A stretch of 64,000 bases of DNA from Blepharisma stoltei ATCC 30299 (lineage: Eukaryota; Protista; Ciliophora): the NCBI GenBank assembly GCA_965603825.1, contig CBFDEM010000053.1, positions 1 to 64,000 of the forward strand, in the 5' to 3' direction. The translations under genes were made by a program, and so were the position numbers. The notes beneath the pieces were generated by a model that searched no databases, was not told the DNA's origin, and worked only from the letters and a program-made list of their open reading frames with translations. The first letter of the stretch is position 1. Every line of letters begins with the position of its first letter. This document shows positions 37,630 through 49,669 of this stretch, one piece after another.

Positions 37630-39978
37630 ATGGATGAATTGCTAAATAGTGTTTCTTCAGTGCGAAGAGAATTTCAGCAGCGCCGAATTTCACGATCTCG
37701 AGGCGCAAACACTTCACAGTCTAATTTACCCCAGCCTTTGCTATCTCCCAAGCCACCAATGCCAAAGCAATCCCTAAACTTTTTACCTAAATATAAAAAT
37801 GAGACCGAACGGAGCACTGAGTCCAGCCTTTTGCAACGCTCCACAAGCCAGTGCAGGCTGAGAACTGAAGAATCAGTAAGTCTAAAAATTAACCCTCAAG
37901 GAAACATGACCTCCCGTCTCAAAATCAATGACATCCAATCCGAGCTTGTAAGGATGAACTTAAGTCCTTTGCGAAGCCCAACTCGCTCTCGCATCAGAGA
38001 CTATAAAATTGATGCCACCAAGCTGCTCTTCACAACAATAATAGGATACATGGCCCGCAACCTGCGGCTTTTGAAAGCAAGTACTGATAATATATCCCCT
38101 GAGCCTTCTAAGCGAAAGCCTGACCATCACAAAAGAAGCATTGGCTCAGTCGAGTTTGAAAATAGCAGCATGGTCTCGTTGAGAAGGAGCGAAAGAGAGT
38201 TCAGCGGACAAATAATAAGGAAAAAAGACGAATTGTGAACTAAAGTGATGAATGTAAATGGGAAGTTTGAAAATCAGCCAACCTCAATTTTGGTGTCTCC
38301 TGTGCATAACTTCAAAGGATTCCAGCAGTTTCCCAACACTGATCCAAGAGAAGAAAGAACACCAATTGTAGAGGTGATTTATGAAGAAAATAAACAAAAA
38401 ATAAAAGACCAGAATCCAAGAGCGTACAATGGGAACCCAAATTTCATTATAGGGCTGAGGTCTTCTCAGTCTTGTGCAGAGCTAGACCATTTACAAATAA
38501 CTTCAGTGTCAAAACTAAAAGAAAACTTTGGCAGAAATGTTTCAAATAAGCTTGTGAATTTATCAGTGGCGCTGATGCCTGCAATTAAAAAAGTGTATAT
38601 GGACTCTCTATATTTTATAAAAGCCTATGTCGCCCAACAGCCACAATCCTTGTCAGAAGAAGAATTTGTATTAAATAACCCTCCAAAAAAGAGGTTTTTA
38701 GGAAGAGATACTTCTAGGTCGAAAAACATAAACATTATAGGGGACTTGCAGTCTCAAATTTTTAACATAAGATCGTCAAAGAACAAGATGAAAATGAATG
38801 CAAATGCAGAAAAATTCTTTAGTTTAATCACTCATTTCATTTACTCTTATCATAACAAAAATTTTCATCTCCTTTTTCAAAGCTTAAAAACAAAACCAAA
38901 AGATGTGGGAAATTTTATTGAAAAAGTCTTCTATATACTTGAAAGAAAATTAAGTGAAAATTTAGCTTCTGGGCTGGAAACTTTAAAATCTTATAATAAA
39001 TCACTAAATGAAAACAAAAGAGTAATAAAAACGCTTTTGAAGAACATAGAAAAAGACATAAAATACAGATTAAGTGCTTGCTTTATGCATTGGAAAACTA
39101 CAGCAAGCCAGATGGAGAGGGAGTCGATCTACGGGTCCTTGAAAACAATTACAATTTCACAAATCCTGATAGACCTGATAGGTAGGCAAGAAAAAGCTTT
39201 CTTCATGGCTCTTAAAATTGCAAACAAGAAGAAGAAAGATGGAGACCGTGAAAAGCTCAGACTGATCTATAAAGGATTTAGATACCTAATCCCATACTAT
39301 AAAAATCTCAAACAAAAGGTATGAAACAGATGGCAGTACTATAATAAGGCACAGCATTTTAACAAGAATGCTGTTGGGCTCGCATTAAAGCGGCTGAGCA
39401 GAATTGTCATGAAAAACGAACTGAGGTGGTACGAGAAATTCATGTCCGACTGCAAAATGTTTATCTCCCTTAAAAAGCTGCTGCTTTCAAATGCCTGTAA
39501 AATATTCAAATCTAAATTTCGAACCCAGCTTGGAGTCTGGATCTATTCCTCTTCTACCTCAAAAAAACCCAGAAGAAGCTTCCAAAAGCCATCCTACAAT
39601 AAAACAATCCCAGCCAAAAAGATTACAAGTTGAATCGAGAAACAAATAAAAATTCAAAAGAAAAGGTCTTTTGCGTTCTTTATTTCTTCACCTTCTTTAA
39701 ATTATCCTTCAGCGCTGCCTTTATACAAATTCAAGCAGCTAAAACTTGCAATTGCGTCAATGATTTCGCATTTTGAGTCGCAAAATAGCTTTATGGCAAG
39801 AAAATGCCTGCTGAAATGGAAACTGAAAATAGTAAACGAGGCCAGAATCGGAAATTTTAAACAAGTTTATATGAGAGAAGTAAAACGTACTTTGGCGTCT
39901 AGCAACATCATGCAAGTTTTGAATGGGAAAATTAACCATCTCGTGAAATTATCTTTTACGAAGCTTAAAAATAATTAA
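37630..39978 (+). CDS. ~782-aa basic helical protein with Sfi1-like (centrin-binding-type) Trp motifs
   Basis: ORFs 37630, 38245, 39409 and 39760 are in frame and joined by TGA=Trp. Motifs LSACFMHWK, LKQKVWNRWQ and RKCLLKWKL. The Sfi1-like label is tentative. Confidence 0.7.
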
Positions 39979-40090
39979 AAGCTATTATAATTGTGAAGGG
40001 GCTTATAAAATAGGAATTTATAAAAATTTAAGGACTTTTAATAAGAAAAGAGCAGGATTCAGAAAGATTTTAAATAAGAATATTAGGGTC

Positions 40091-40267
40091 TTATTGCTTT
40101 TCTGAGCTTTTCAGTAGGTAATGTCCAAGCCATTCAATAGGATTCGCTGGTCTTTCTTTTGCTAGTTCTGACAGGCCTTGTAGGAGAACAGGGACCACAG
40201 TTTGGTCGAGGTATGATCTTATAGGCAGTGATTGTAAGCTTTGGTTTTGCTCGGGCTTTTTATCCAT
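40091..40267 (-). CDS. DPY30: Dpy-30 motif protein (58 aa; absent from the ORF track)
   Basis: [58 protein letters not shown], the hallmark Dpy-30 pattern ([30 protein letters not shown]). Confidence 0.92.
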   Translation of the reverse strand: MDKKPEQNQSLQSLPIRSYLDQTVVPVLLQGLSELAKERPANPIEWLGHYLLKSSEKQ

Positions 40268-40408
40268 TTCTCTTGAAAATTATAAACTTTCATTTATGCT
40301 TTAAGAATGGCACTTAAATCCAGAAATCTGAATACTTCTAGCTGGCAATCTTATTTTAGAAAAGGCATAAATAAATTAACTCAGATAATTAATTATTAGA
40401 CATTCAAT

Positions 40409-41464
40409 TTAAAATACATTACTGTTCGCTGTGTCTTTTGGCACTTCTTTTGTTTTCTGTCTTTTTACTAACCCTTTTCCTGATTTTTTAATTGAGTAAT
40501 ATTCATTCTTTCTATTATCACTTTTTGGGATTAAATAAGGAGTGTTAGATGGTAAAGCAGCACTTTTGAATTGCTCAAAAAATAGCTCTGCCCTCAACTG
40601 CCTCAGCTCAAGGTCACTCAGCTTGATTCTCTCTTCTATAAGACTTCTTTTTCCCAATCCTAAATCATAAGCACTCGCGAGATCTCTACTTCCAATCAAT
40701 CCTAGCAGCTGCAATATCCAGACATCAGTATTTCGCAATTCCTCTACAATAGATGTGTATTTTGTGACTAGTGTTTGATAGTCATTTCGCTCTTGTGCGC
40801 TTTTATAGCTATTCACCTTTGCTAAATCGTTCATCTTTAGCTTAGCAGATTGGAGTTCTTTTTCCAGCTCTTCAATCCCGCTCTTGTAGTTGCCGATTTC
40901 AATTTTTTGCTCATCAATTTTCTTTTCACAGAATTTGAGAGCTTCATAGATTTTTTTCATCTTGAAATTCTGCTCTTCCAGTTTCAGCTGTTGAGCTTCT
41001 AATAAATTATTTAGGCTATTTATTGTGCTTTGGAAAGAAGTCTGCTCTGCTTGCAATTTCAGTTTCTCTGCAGTAAGTTGAGCAATAATTCTTCGGTTGG
41101 CTAAGGTCTCTTCTTCAGTATCACTGGACTTTGAAAAGGAAGTAATTTTCCATTCTACATAGGCTTCTTTATTTCACTGTCTTCTTTCCCTTGACAACCT
41201 TCCTGTTTGGTTTAATTTGTTTTCTTTGTCCACTGGTTTAGGAACTCCTGTTGATTTGCTTCTTTTGATTCGTGGCGAGATCATTTGATCAGACTTTAGC
41301 TCAATGTTTTGTTCGGTTTTATTTGCTAGATCGTAGCTTTCTTCTTTGGAAATTCTGTTTCTCACTGTGTATTTAAAAATCCTATCGTCGTCTTTCAGAA
41401 GAGACTTATGAGTAGGAGTGATTGATCTGATGTGATTCAGAGATTTATTCGGAGAGATATTCAT
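40409..41464 (-). CDS. ~351-aa coiled-coil protein
   Basis: ORFs 41174-41464 and 40409-41056 are in frame and joined through TGA 41174-41176; heptad-rich middle section. Confidence 0.8.
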
Positions 41465-41767
41465 TATAATTCTTGGCTCATAAATCCATTGATGCTTTTA
41501 TTTTTTTGATTTAATATATCTGCATTTATATAGCATAAATGCTCATATACGGGAAGTAATTTAAGAGAAAATTTGAGCAAATAATCATATTTTTAATTAT
41601 TTTCTCGATGAAATTTTAATATTAATTAGATTGGTTATTAATTAGACTGGATATTTTGAGCTAAAAGGTCTTGGATATTAGTTATAATTGAGTTCTTTCC
41701 TCAAAAATGCATTTCATGACGACATCCATATTTCTCCTAAAACCTGAATACTCTTTCTTCTAATAAA

Positions 41768-43063
41768 ATGGGGATGCTCGACTCAGCCCTTCTGGGCATG
41801 TTCTTAACACAAATGATGTCAGCTGCAGCATTTTCCGTGATCGCACCTTATTATCCGTCTGTTGCAAGCGATAAAGGTCTCTCAGGTGAAACAATTGGCT
41901 TAGTATTCAGTTGCTATCCACTTGCAGCTTGGGTGACTTCTCCACTAATCGGAGTGATTGCTACAAGGTTCGGGAGAAAAAGAACATTTATAGCTGGAGC
42001 TTTACTGGTTGGCGTGGTGACAACAGCTTTCGCTTTACTTCCCTTATTTGGATACGGGATGTTCACATTTTTATCATTCTTACAAAGGCTGCTTCAAGGA
42101 GTTGGAGGAGCTGCTATTGGTGGCGCATCATTTGCAATTATTGCAAGTGGGTATAAAGAGCGTATGGAGCTCATGCTAGGAATTCAGCAATCCATGACTT
42201 CATTAGGAATGATGCTCGGACCTCTTATTGGGACGGGACTTTACTACATTGGAGGGTTTAGCTTTATGTTCATCGCCCTTGGATGCAATTTTTTAGCTTT
42301 TATTGTGTATGCCTGCTGGGTTCTGCCTCAAGATAAGCCTTATATGAAAGCAGACGCAGTTGTCAAAATACAACACCTTATGAAAAACTCTGGGGTTATG
42401 TCTGTTGGGATTATATTGATTATTGCGTTTATGAATTTAGCTGCCTTGGCTCCTGTGTTTACTGAGCACTTGACTACGAATTATGATGTCGAGAAAGCAT
42501 CTGCTGGGTTCTTTTTTACGATTCCTTCACTTTCCTATGCATGCGTGGTTTTTATTATTGGAAGGATTCCACAAACCGTATCAAGAATTAAAATTATGAT
42601 TTTAGGATTATATGTAATGCTGCTAGCCATGATTCTAGCTGGGCCTTGAATTATAATAGGGATCCCAAGAAGTTTAGCAATTGTAGTTATCGGGCTTATT
42701 TTGCTTGGAATTGGCCTGGCTTTGAGCATTCTTCCAGCTATGCCTATTATGGTCAAAAAAGCCCAAGAAGATATGCCTTATCACAACAGCGAGCATATTT
42801 CTGACGCTGTTACAGGGCTTACTTTATTTTGTCTTTACTCAGGACAGATTCTTGGCCCACCAATATCAGGGTTTTTCTCAGACAAAATAGGTTTTGAGAA
42901 TGCTTCTGTCTTAATTGGTTCGGTAAGTCTAATTTACGCTTTTATCTTTACCTTCACCTCAAAGAGCCTCAGACCAACAATAATGCAGACACTCGAGACG
43001 CCTTTATACCAAGAAATGGTTTCTGCTAAGAAGTCTGAGCTTGTCATCAATGAAGAGTTTTAA
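41768..43063 (+). CDS. MFS transporter, SLC18B1-like (~431 aa, ~12 TM)
   Basis: Two ORFs joined by TGA=Trp at 42647-42649. MFS motif G.IATRFGRK, plus FSVIAPYYP..A..KG.S...IGLVF and G...GP..G motifs resembling SLC18B1. Confidence 0.85.
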
Positions 43064-43113
43064 TTATATAAATACCACAACATTTGCGTAATAATTTCCT
43101 AATCAGACTTAAT

Positions 43114-43920
43114 ATGATGGATATCTTGGCGACTGAAATTCAGTTTATATGTTCAGGACTTATCACTACTGATAACTTCTTGACAACACAATGCATTATA
43201 TGAGGAATCCTCCTAGTTCTATACCACATATCAATGAAATTGATCATCTTTGCCAAACTGAAGAGTGAATTAATGCTTGCTAGTTTTGTATTTTTGTTTT
43301 TTTTGATCCCGTCGCTTTATCTTGCAACTTACGTGGGGTCGCCTTGGTGATTTTTATTTTACCTTAGCTTCTTAGTCGCACTGAGTGCTTTACAGTTTGC
43401 CCCGTATTATAATTTTGAGCACAAAGGGGCAGGAGGAATGATTCGGCTTTTTATACAGGGGCTAGCCTTAATCCAGCTTGATTCAATTGTGATATCTGGG
43501 GATCATTCTATTCAGCTAGAGCTTCTCATGATTTCTCCTCATCTTATATATCAATCTTGGAGAGTGGTCAAAGAGCTCACAACTTTCAATGAAGATAATA
43601 AAATGAAAATTATTACCACAGCGATTTTACTTGGAAAGCATGACAGTTTTAAGCTCTTCTTGACTATGCATATATTTGCTGCAGCTTATGTAGTGATAGA
43701 CTCATTGTCTGATTCATTTTTTAGACTGATGCCTTTAGCTTTGATACCTTGGCTGGTCAATCTCTGCTACAAAGTAAGACTGCTGAGGACAAAAAATTTA
43801 TCGTTCGAGATGTTTTCGTATGTGGTTTGCTACTATGCGCTAACTGTGATAGGAATCAAGCTAAGCAGGTACGATTTGGGACAAATAAATCAGTTTTTAA
43901 GCTCAAAAATATGGGGCTAG
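43114..43920 (+). CDS. ~268-aa polytopic membrane protein, divergent UbiA/UBIAD1(MenA)-like
   Basis: ATG 43114 is in frame with track ORF 43438 through two TGA=Trp. PYYNFEHKGAGGMI and NEDNKMKIITTAILLG resemble UBIAD1/MenA segments, but the Asp-rich motifs are not intact. Confidence 0.6.
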
Positions 43921-43971
43921 ATGCTTTACAATTTATGTATAAATTAACAATTAACGGTTTCTACTAATAAA

Positions 43972-46900
43972 TTATCCTTCAAAAAGGTGCATCCCGCTGA
44001 TGTACGCCAAGAACTTTGCTTCTTCTACTAAAAGATGAAGCAGAAATCTATTATTGGTATTCTTATACTCCCTTATTTTTTCTCTTCATTCTTCGAGGCT
44101 TAGATTATTTGCCTTTGCTATTATATCTATATTTATCTTCTGGATAAATTCTTCGATCTTTTCTATCATATCTTCGTCACTTCCAAATGCTCAAGAAGCT
44201 TCATTAAAATAAGTCACTTCATTTACGTTTAAAATTCCTTTTTTCAAGCATAAATTCAGGATTTTGCTTGAATTTCATATAGCTGTGTCTTCAAGTTTTA
44301 TTAACCCCAGCTTATGTGGCATAATATTTCTTACGATCATGAGAAGCTCAGTCTTTAATAAACAGTCATTTTTAAGAATAGAACTGATAGCCATATTAAC
44401 TCCTTGGACTGTTTCTTCTCTATATTGTTCATATGCTTCACATAAAATATAAATAAATTCGTCTAAGTCTAGTACATTTTTATTGATTTTCTTGGGATCT
44501 TTAATTGAGATTTTTTCAGTAGCGGCATAGACTTTTTGGAGGTTAACTCGAGATAAAATTGGTTCAAGTTTTTCTTTAATGCATTCGTCAGCTCTAGCTT
44601 TAGGATAAAAGGTAGGCTCCCCAGTATCATCATTTCCAGTAATAATACCTATTTGTTTATTTAGCATGAAATAATAAGCTTCAAGGCAAAATATTACTGT
44701 TTCCTTTGAGTATTCTTTTAAACCTTCTTGAATTCCACTTCCAAGGCATCTTATTAGCAGTTTCGCCCTTGCCAAATGCTTGTGTACTAAAGAGCTTGCT
44801 AGGATTTCTTTTACTTTTCTCTCAGTAATTTGTTTCATACTAAACTTAAACAGCAGCTCTTCGTAAATGTACTCTAAAAGATCAAAACCTTCGTTACCGA
44901 CCATCTTTGAAGCTCCGTTAAAAATCGTAAAAATAGTCCTTAAAAGCACTTTTTTGGCCATATTCGCGAATTTTTTTATTTTTTCGAAATCTTTTATGAT
45001 GAATTTTTTGAAAATTTGGGTGCTCTCGCTTGCCCTTCGAACACTGACTGTCCTTACTTCGCGTTTCCCTACCTGAAATTCGGCGAACCTGGTTTCTTTT
45101 TTCCTGCTTGGCTTTCTTTGTGACCTAGCACGAGACTCAAGTATTTCGTTTGTTGCTGGCAGAGAAAATTCATCACCTAAGTGCTGGGTAGAAAAAGTTG
45201 GCCTCGGCAGATTATCATCAGGGACACTGCTCAGCTGAGTTTTGCTATCGCAATAAAGATCAAGGTTCTTTTGCTTTAGGCAAGCCTCAAAGCCAGCTTT
45301 GTACCCTTCTTTTCATACTTCTTGGTCCACGCCTTCTGGAGCTTCTTTGCAGATTAAGTTGCTATAGTTGAGGCCTTGAAAGAAATCGAGCCTGTCTAGA
45401 GTCCCAGAAATCTCTTTTTCAGCAATCGGGGAATCTTCTCCTATGTTTTTTATATTCATTTCTTCAGCGTATGCGACGTGCTCTTCGCTTGGTATACTAT
45501 TTTCTTCATCTTCTTCCCCGTTTGACGTTATTGAGTTTTCCTGTTCTATTTCAACAATTTCGTCTCCATACTCATCAGGAATTTCTTCCCACTGGACTGA
45601 TTGATCAATAAATAATCGTTCCTCCCAGTTTTCTCCATCTTGAACGTTTCCCTCATTACTTTGTTCTTTTTCATCATGGACAGAAGTATGATTTTCTTGG
45701 CTGCTTTTAATACTATTGCTTTCTAAATTATTAGCTTGTGCAGTTTCTATATCATGGATAGAGTTTTCTCCACTTGAGTTTAAATCAAAACTTGAATTAT
45801 TGCTCATCGAGTTGATAATTGATGGATGGTCGAGCTCTCCAATTATTTGAATCTTTGGAATATCTTTATCAAAATTTTCATGTACTTTATTTTCAATTTC
45901 GTTTTGTATTTGTTCAGGATCTTTATCAATATCATCAGTTTCTGTTGCTTTTTCTTTTGTTTCCTTATTCTTTACAAGTTCTATATCCGTTTGGGTGTAG
46001 TGAACAGATGTCCTTTTAACATCTTCTGAAAGAATTCTATTAATAAAAACTCGCTCATGCATAGAGTCTTGGCTTGATAATAATTTTCTCTTCGACGACA
46101 GCATTTGTTCTTGCTTTCTGACAAGCTCATTCTTGAACCTCGAAATAAACCTGTTCAGCTGTGAAATTTCTTCTTCAAGACTGTTTTGTCGCTTTTGCAA
46201 ATCGTCGTTTTCCTTTTTGCTTGCTTTTAACTTCACTTGCAATTTAGCTTTCCTTTTTGCTGCCTTATAATGCAAATCTGACAATTTTTTGGAAAATACT
46301 GATCTTTCAGTCTCTATTTGCTTTTTCAGCGTATTTGCTGAACTTTTCCATAGAAAACTGAGGACTTCAATGGTAGACTTTAGCAAAGACCCTCTTAAAG
46401 AGCAATAGACAGAAACTTGCCTGATGATTTCTTTCAAAGCAGCCATATAGACAGTTTCGATTATTTCTTCTTTTTCTTTTTCAATGCTTTCATTTTGACT
46501 AATTATACTATGAAGATTTGGAATATTCTTTTCCTGCATATAATCGAGCCATCTTTTCAAATTCTCAATATCTTGTTTCCCTGTTGGTTTCCCAAGTGAT
46601 GGAGGTGATTTTTCTAAGCTTTTTGCCAGCTTTGCCGACGTAGAATCATTGCATTTGTTTTCTTGAAAGGCAAATCCGTACAAAGGTGAATTGCTAATGT
46701 AGCATTTTAATTTATCTAGACTAGTAGGCAAAATTGTTTCTGCCTGGATTGGCTCAAGAAAGCTCAGTTTTTGCTCTTGCCCTCTTTCAGTGCTCGGAGG
46801 CTTATAGCTATCATGAATATGTGAAATATCTTTTGTGAACCTTTTAGTGACAAAAAGCTCGACCTCTTTATATCGATCAGAAGACATGAGATTGTGGATT

Positions 46901-47073
46901 CTATTCGTGACTTCTGGAGAGGCCGGCTGCGACTTATTCTTGAATTTAAGGGTAGGGATGCCAAGCTTGATAGACAGTGGGATGTGTTCATTGGACTCAG
47001 TTCTACTTTTGGAGTGCCTGCTGTTTATAAGTCTTGCAGTTTGATATTTTATATCCGGTATTTTTTCTAGCAT
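43972..47073 (-). CDS. ~1033-aa protein with an axonemal dynein light chain (p28-like) domain, coiled coil and acidic linker
   Basis: ORFs 45313-47073 and 44275-44961 are in frame through TGA=Trp and run on to TAA at 43972-43974. ALKEIIRQVSVYCSLRGSLL matches the p28 family motif ELIRQVT.NC.ERG.LL. Confidence 0.8.
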
Positions 47074-47183
47074 ATATAAAAATATGAGTTAATTCGCTGC
47101 CGCATTTAATTAATAATTCAAAACAATTAGACCCTTCTTATTCACCCAATCTCGAAGCATTCAAATTCATTTGTTTTATTAAA

Positions 47184-47828
47184 ATGAAACCATCACTGTC
47201 TCAAACTAATGATTACAATTTCAAAATAATCATAGTAGGAGATTCAGGAGTGGGCAAAAGCAGCCTAATAAGAAGATACATGAAAAAAGAATTTTCAGAA
47301 AAGACAGCTACCACAATCGGTGTGTGAAACTATACAAAAATTGTGGAAATTGAGAACAAGAATATCATGCTCAACATATGAGACACAGCAGGACAAGAAA
47401 AATTCAAGTGTCTGATCCCGACTTTTTTCAGAGGATCCCACGCTGCAATTCTAGTCTATGACATTACCAACCAGAAGTCATTTAACTCTATATTTTACTG
47501 GATTGATAAAATTCATGAGCATGCCACTTCTAACGTTGTATTTATGATGATTGGGAATAAATCTGACATGGAAACTGAACGGAAAGTTCCTCAGGAGCTA
47601 GGGCAAAGCAAAGCAAGGGACAATAAAATGCTCTTTTTGGAAACTTCCTGCCTGAATAGCACAAATGTGGAAAGAGCTTTTGAAGAAGTGACTAATCAGC
47701 TGCTTGTAGTTAATGGTAATCAAAGAATTGAAGAAGTTAAGACCAGCGAGCTGATCCCTTCTGCCAAAAAAATTTCAATAGTTCAACAGCCTCAAGAAGT
47801 TAAAAAGAGAAAGAGGAGGCGATGCTAA
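47184..47828 (+). CDS. Rab-family small GTPase (214 aa, divergent)
   Basis: GDSGVGKSS, TTIGV, W(TGA)DTAGQE, GNKSD and ETSC motifs; polybasic C-terminus ending KKRKRRRC. Confidence 0.95.
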
Positions 47829-47868
47829 TAAGTGTAAATAAAATCAAGGAATTGTTATTAATAACAAA

Positions 47869-49128
47869 ATGGAAGAGAAAAACAATGGCATTTTTACACA
47901 AGGCGATTTAAAAGAAAAACGCAGAAAAGAGAGGATCCCTGATATCAGTTTTGACGTAGATGGCGATGGGTCAGTTAGTCCTCTTGATTATTTTATTGCT
48001 AAAAGATATGATAAAAATCAAGATGGGAAGCTTGATGCAAAAGAAAAGATTCTGGCTCAAGAGTTCATGAACAAGGACCTTAAGAATTTCCTGATAGGAG
48101 GCGAAACTCATGGAGCCCAAAGGCCTCTTCGGCTGCTGCAAGTCAAAGGAAAACCGATTTACGATAACGACTACACTGTCATAACAGATGCAAAAAAAAG
48201 TCCTGGAAGAACTAAAAGTGAGCTTGAAAAACTCAGAAAGCAAGAAAGAATTGACATCGCATCAAAATTCGCAGAGAAACACATTAAGTTCAAAAAACAA
48301 ATTTTGGAGTTTGAGAGAAAAGAAAATCGCGAAAATTTGAGCTCAAGGAGAATAAAAATTTTAAAAACAGATACTCGTGAAAATGCTAGCAGGAGAGATC
48401 ATAGGAAAAGGGACTTGAGCCTAGATTATTATCCCTGCCCAAAGTATCTTTCAAAATCTGAACTGGATTCGGTAAGAAGACAGCAGAATATTGATGATCT
48501 TGAAAGATCGTTCAATTATAAGCATAAAAGCTGAATTGATCAAATGCTGGAAAGGGAAAACTCAATGCAGATCAATGAAAAACAGATGAACAGCAAAAGC
48601 TTCAAAGAAATCATAGAAAAACAGAAAAAAGAAGACTTCGAGCATCACGCTCAGACTTTCGTTAATTACAAACTGGGAGTTCATGGAAAAGAATTGCCGA
48701 GTTTCAGTGAAAATTGTAAAGAGTATTGAGAATTTTCTCAAGGGTATACCCCCTCACCAACACACACCACTTTGTCCAAGCTGAAAATGGACCGAAAGTT
48801 TAGCTCTCGGAAATCTTCATGTGTTTCAGAGAATTCAATGTCTTTTCCTCAACGATTTCGCTCAGTAACACCTGAAATTCCATTAAAGCCCAATGAAATC
48901 TGGCCGATCCCTGAAAAGCCCCCTATCTCACCTGATGAGAAATCCCCAATCAAAAGACCGGTTTTTAAGGAAAAATTCAGTAATTCCTTTTTAAGCATGG
49001 TGATGCCAAATTCCATTATAATCACAAACCGCAATAAGCCAGACAGAAGTGCCTACATCCGAAACAGAGCAAAAAGCGAGCTGAGAAGCTTGGATAGCAA
49101 GATAATCCGATCCAAAGGATTTATCTAA
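47869..49128 (+). CDS. ~419-aa protein with an N-terminal EF-hand pair
   Basis: Three in-frame ORFs joined by TGA; loops DVDGDGSVSPLD and DKNQDGKLDAKE. Confidence 0.8.
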
Positions 49129-49167
49129 TTAATTTAAATCTAATAGCTGTATAATCTATTTACTGAA

Positions 49168-49669
49168 TTATAAGTCTAACCAGAACAAAACAGCAGGCAC
49201 CTTGCATAGTTCTTTCTGCACTTTCGGATCAACTTGTTTGAACCCTAAGCATCGGAGAGTTCTATAAATTTGGTTCCTATTGGGCAATTCTCTATACACC
49301 GCAATCACAATCTTGTCAGCACGTTCCCACTCAGCGAACCTGGAGAGGTTCTCAAACGTGGTAAGGTGCATGATTGGTAAAGCTTTTGTGTAAAGAAGCC
49401 GCCCAGACAGAAAGCACTCAGCGATGACCAGCCTTTTTTCCAGAGGTAGACGTATAGTCAGCTTATAGAAGCTGCACTCAGGATTAAGTGCGTCTACGAA
49501 TCCTTGCTTGAATTCCTCAACGACTGGTTCAGGTAGTGGGTCGTGGTCTGGGACATCAAAAACATTCATGAGTTGTAAATTGAGAGAAGATACTTAGAGA
49601 ATCGAAGTTCTGGCCGGAAGGTTCGTCACTATTTAGGGATGACTCGGTTGATTCGTCACTGCTCTCCAT
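49168..49669 (-). CDS. OAZ: Ornithine decarboxylase antizyme, ORF1 (49669-49559) + ORF2 (49557-49168) joined by a predicted +1 ribosomal frameshift (~166 aa)
   Basis: ORF2 has the antizyme pattern FENLSRFAEWERADKIVIAVYRELPNRNQIYRTLRCLGFKQV. ORF1 (MESSDESTESS...HECF, 37 codons) ends at TTT-TGA-T, followed by DVP in the +1 frame, as at known antizyme shift sites. Confidence 0.85.
49553..49564 (-). promoter_or_regulatory. Predicted +1 programmed frameshift site TGT TTT TGA TGT
   Basis: The P-site UUU (49561-49559) can re-pair on UUU (49560-49558); the next +1 codon is GAT (Asp). Same layout as the metazoan TGC-TCC-TGA-TG and UUU-UGA antizyme sites. Confidence 0.75.

Noticed and set aside
49628-49642. 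GTCATCCCTAAATAG (minus strand) as a 15-nt intron in antizyme ORF1 that might explain the frame change
   Set aside because: The donor is not GTAA, and removing 15 nt would not change the frame, so it cannot replace the +1 shift.
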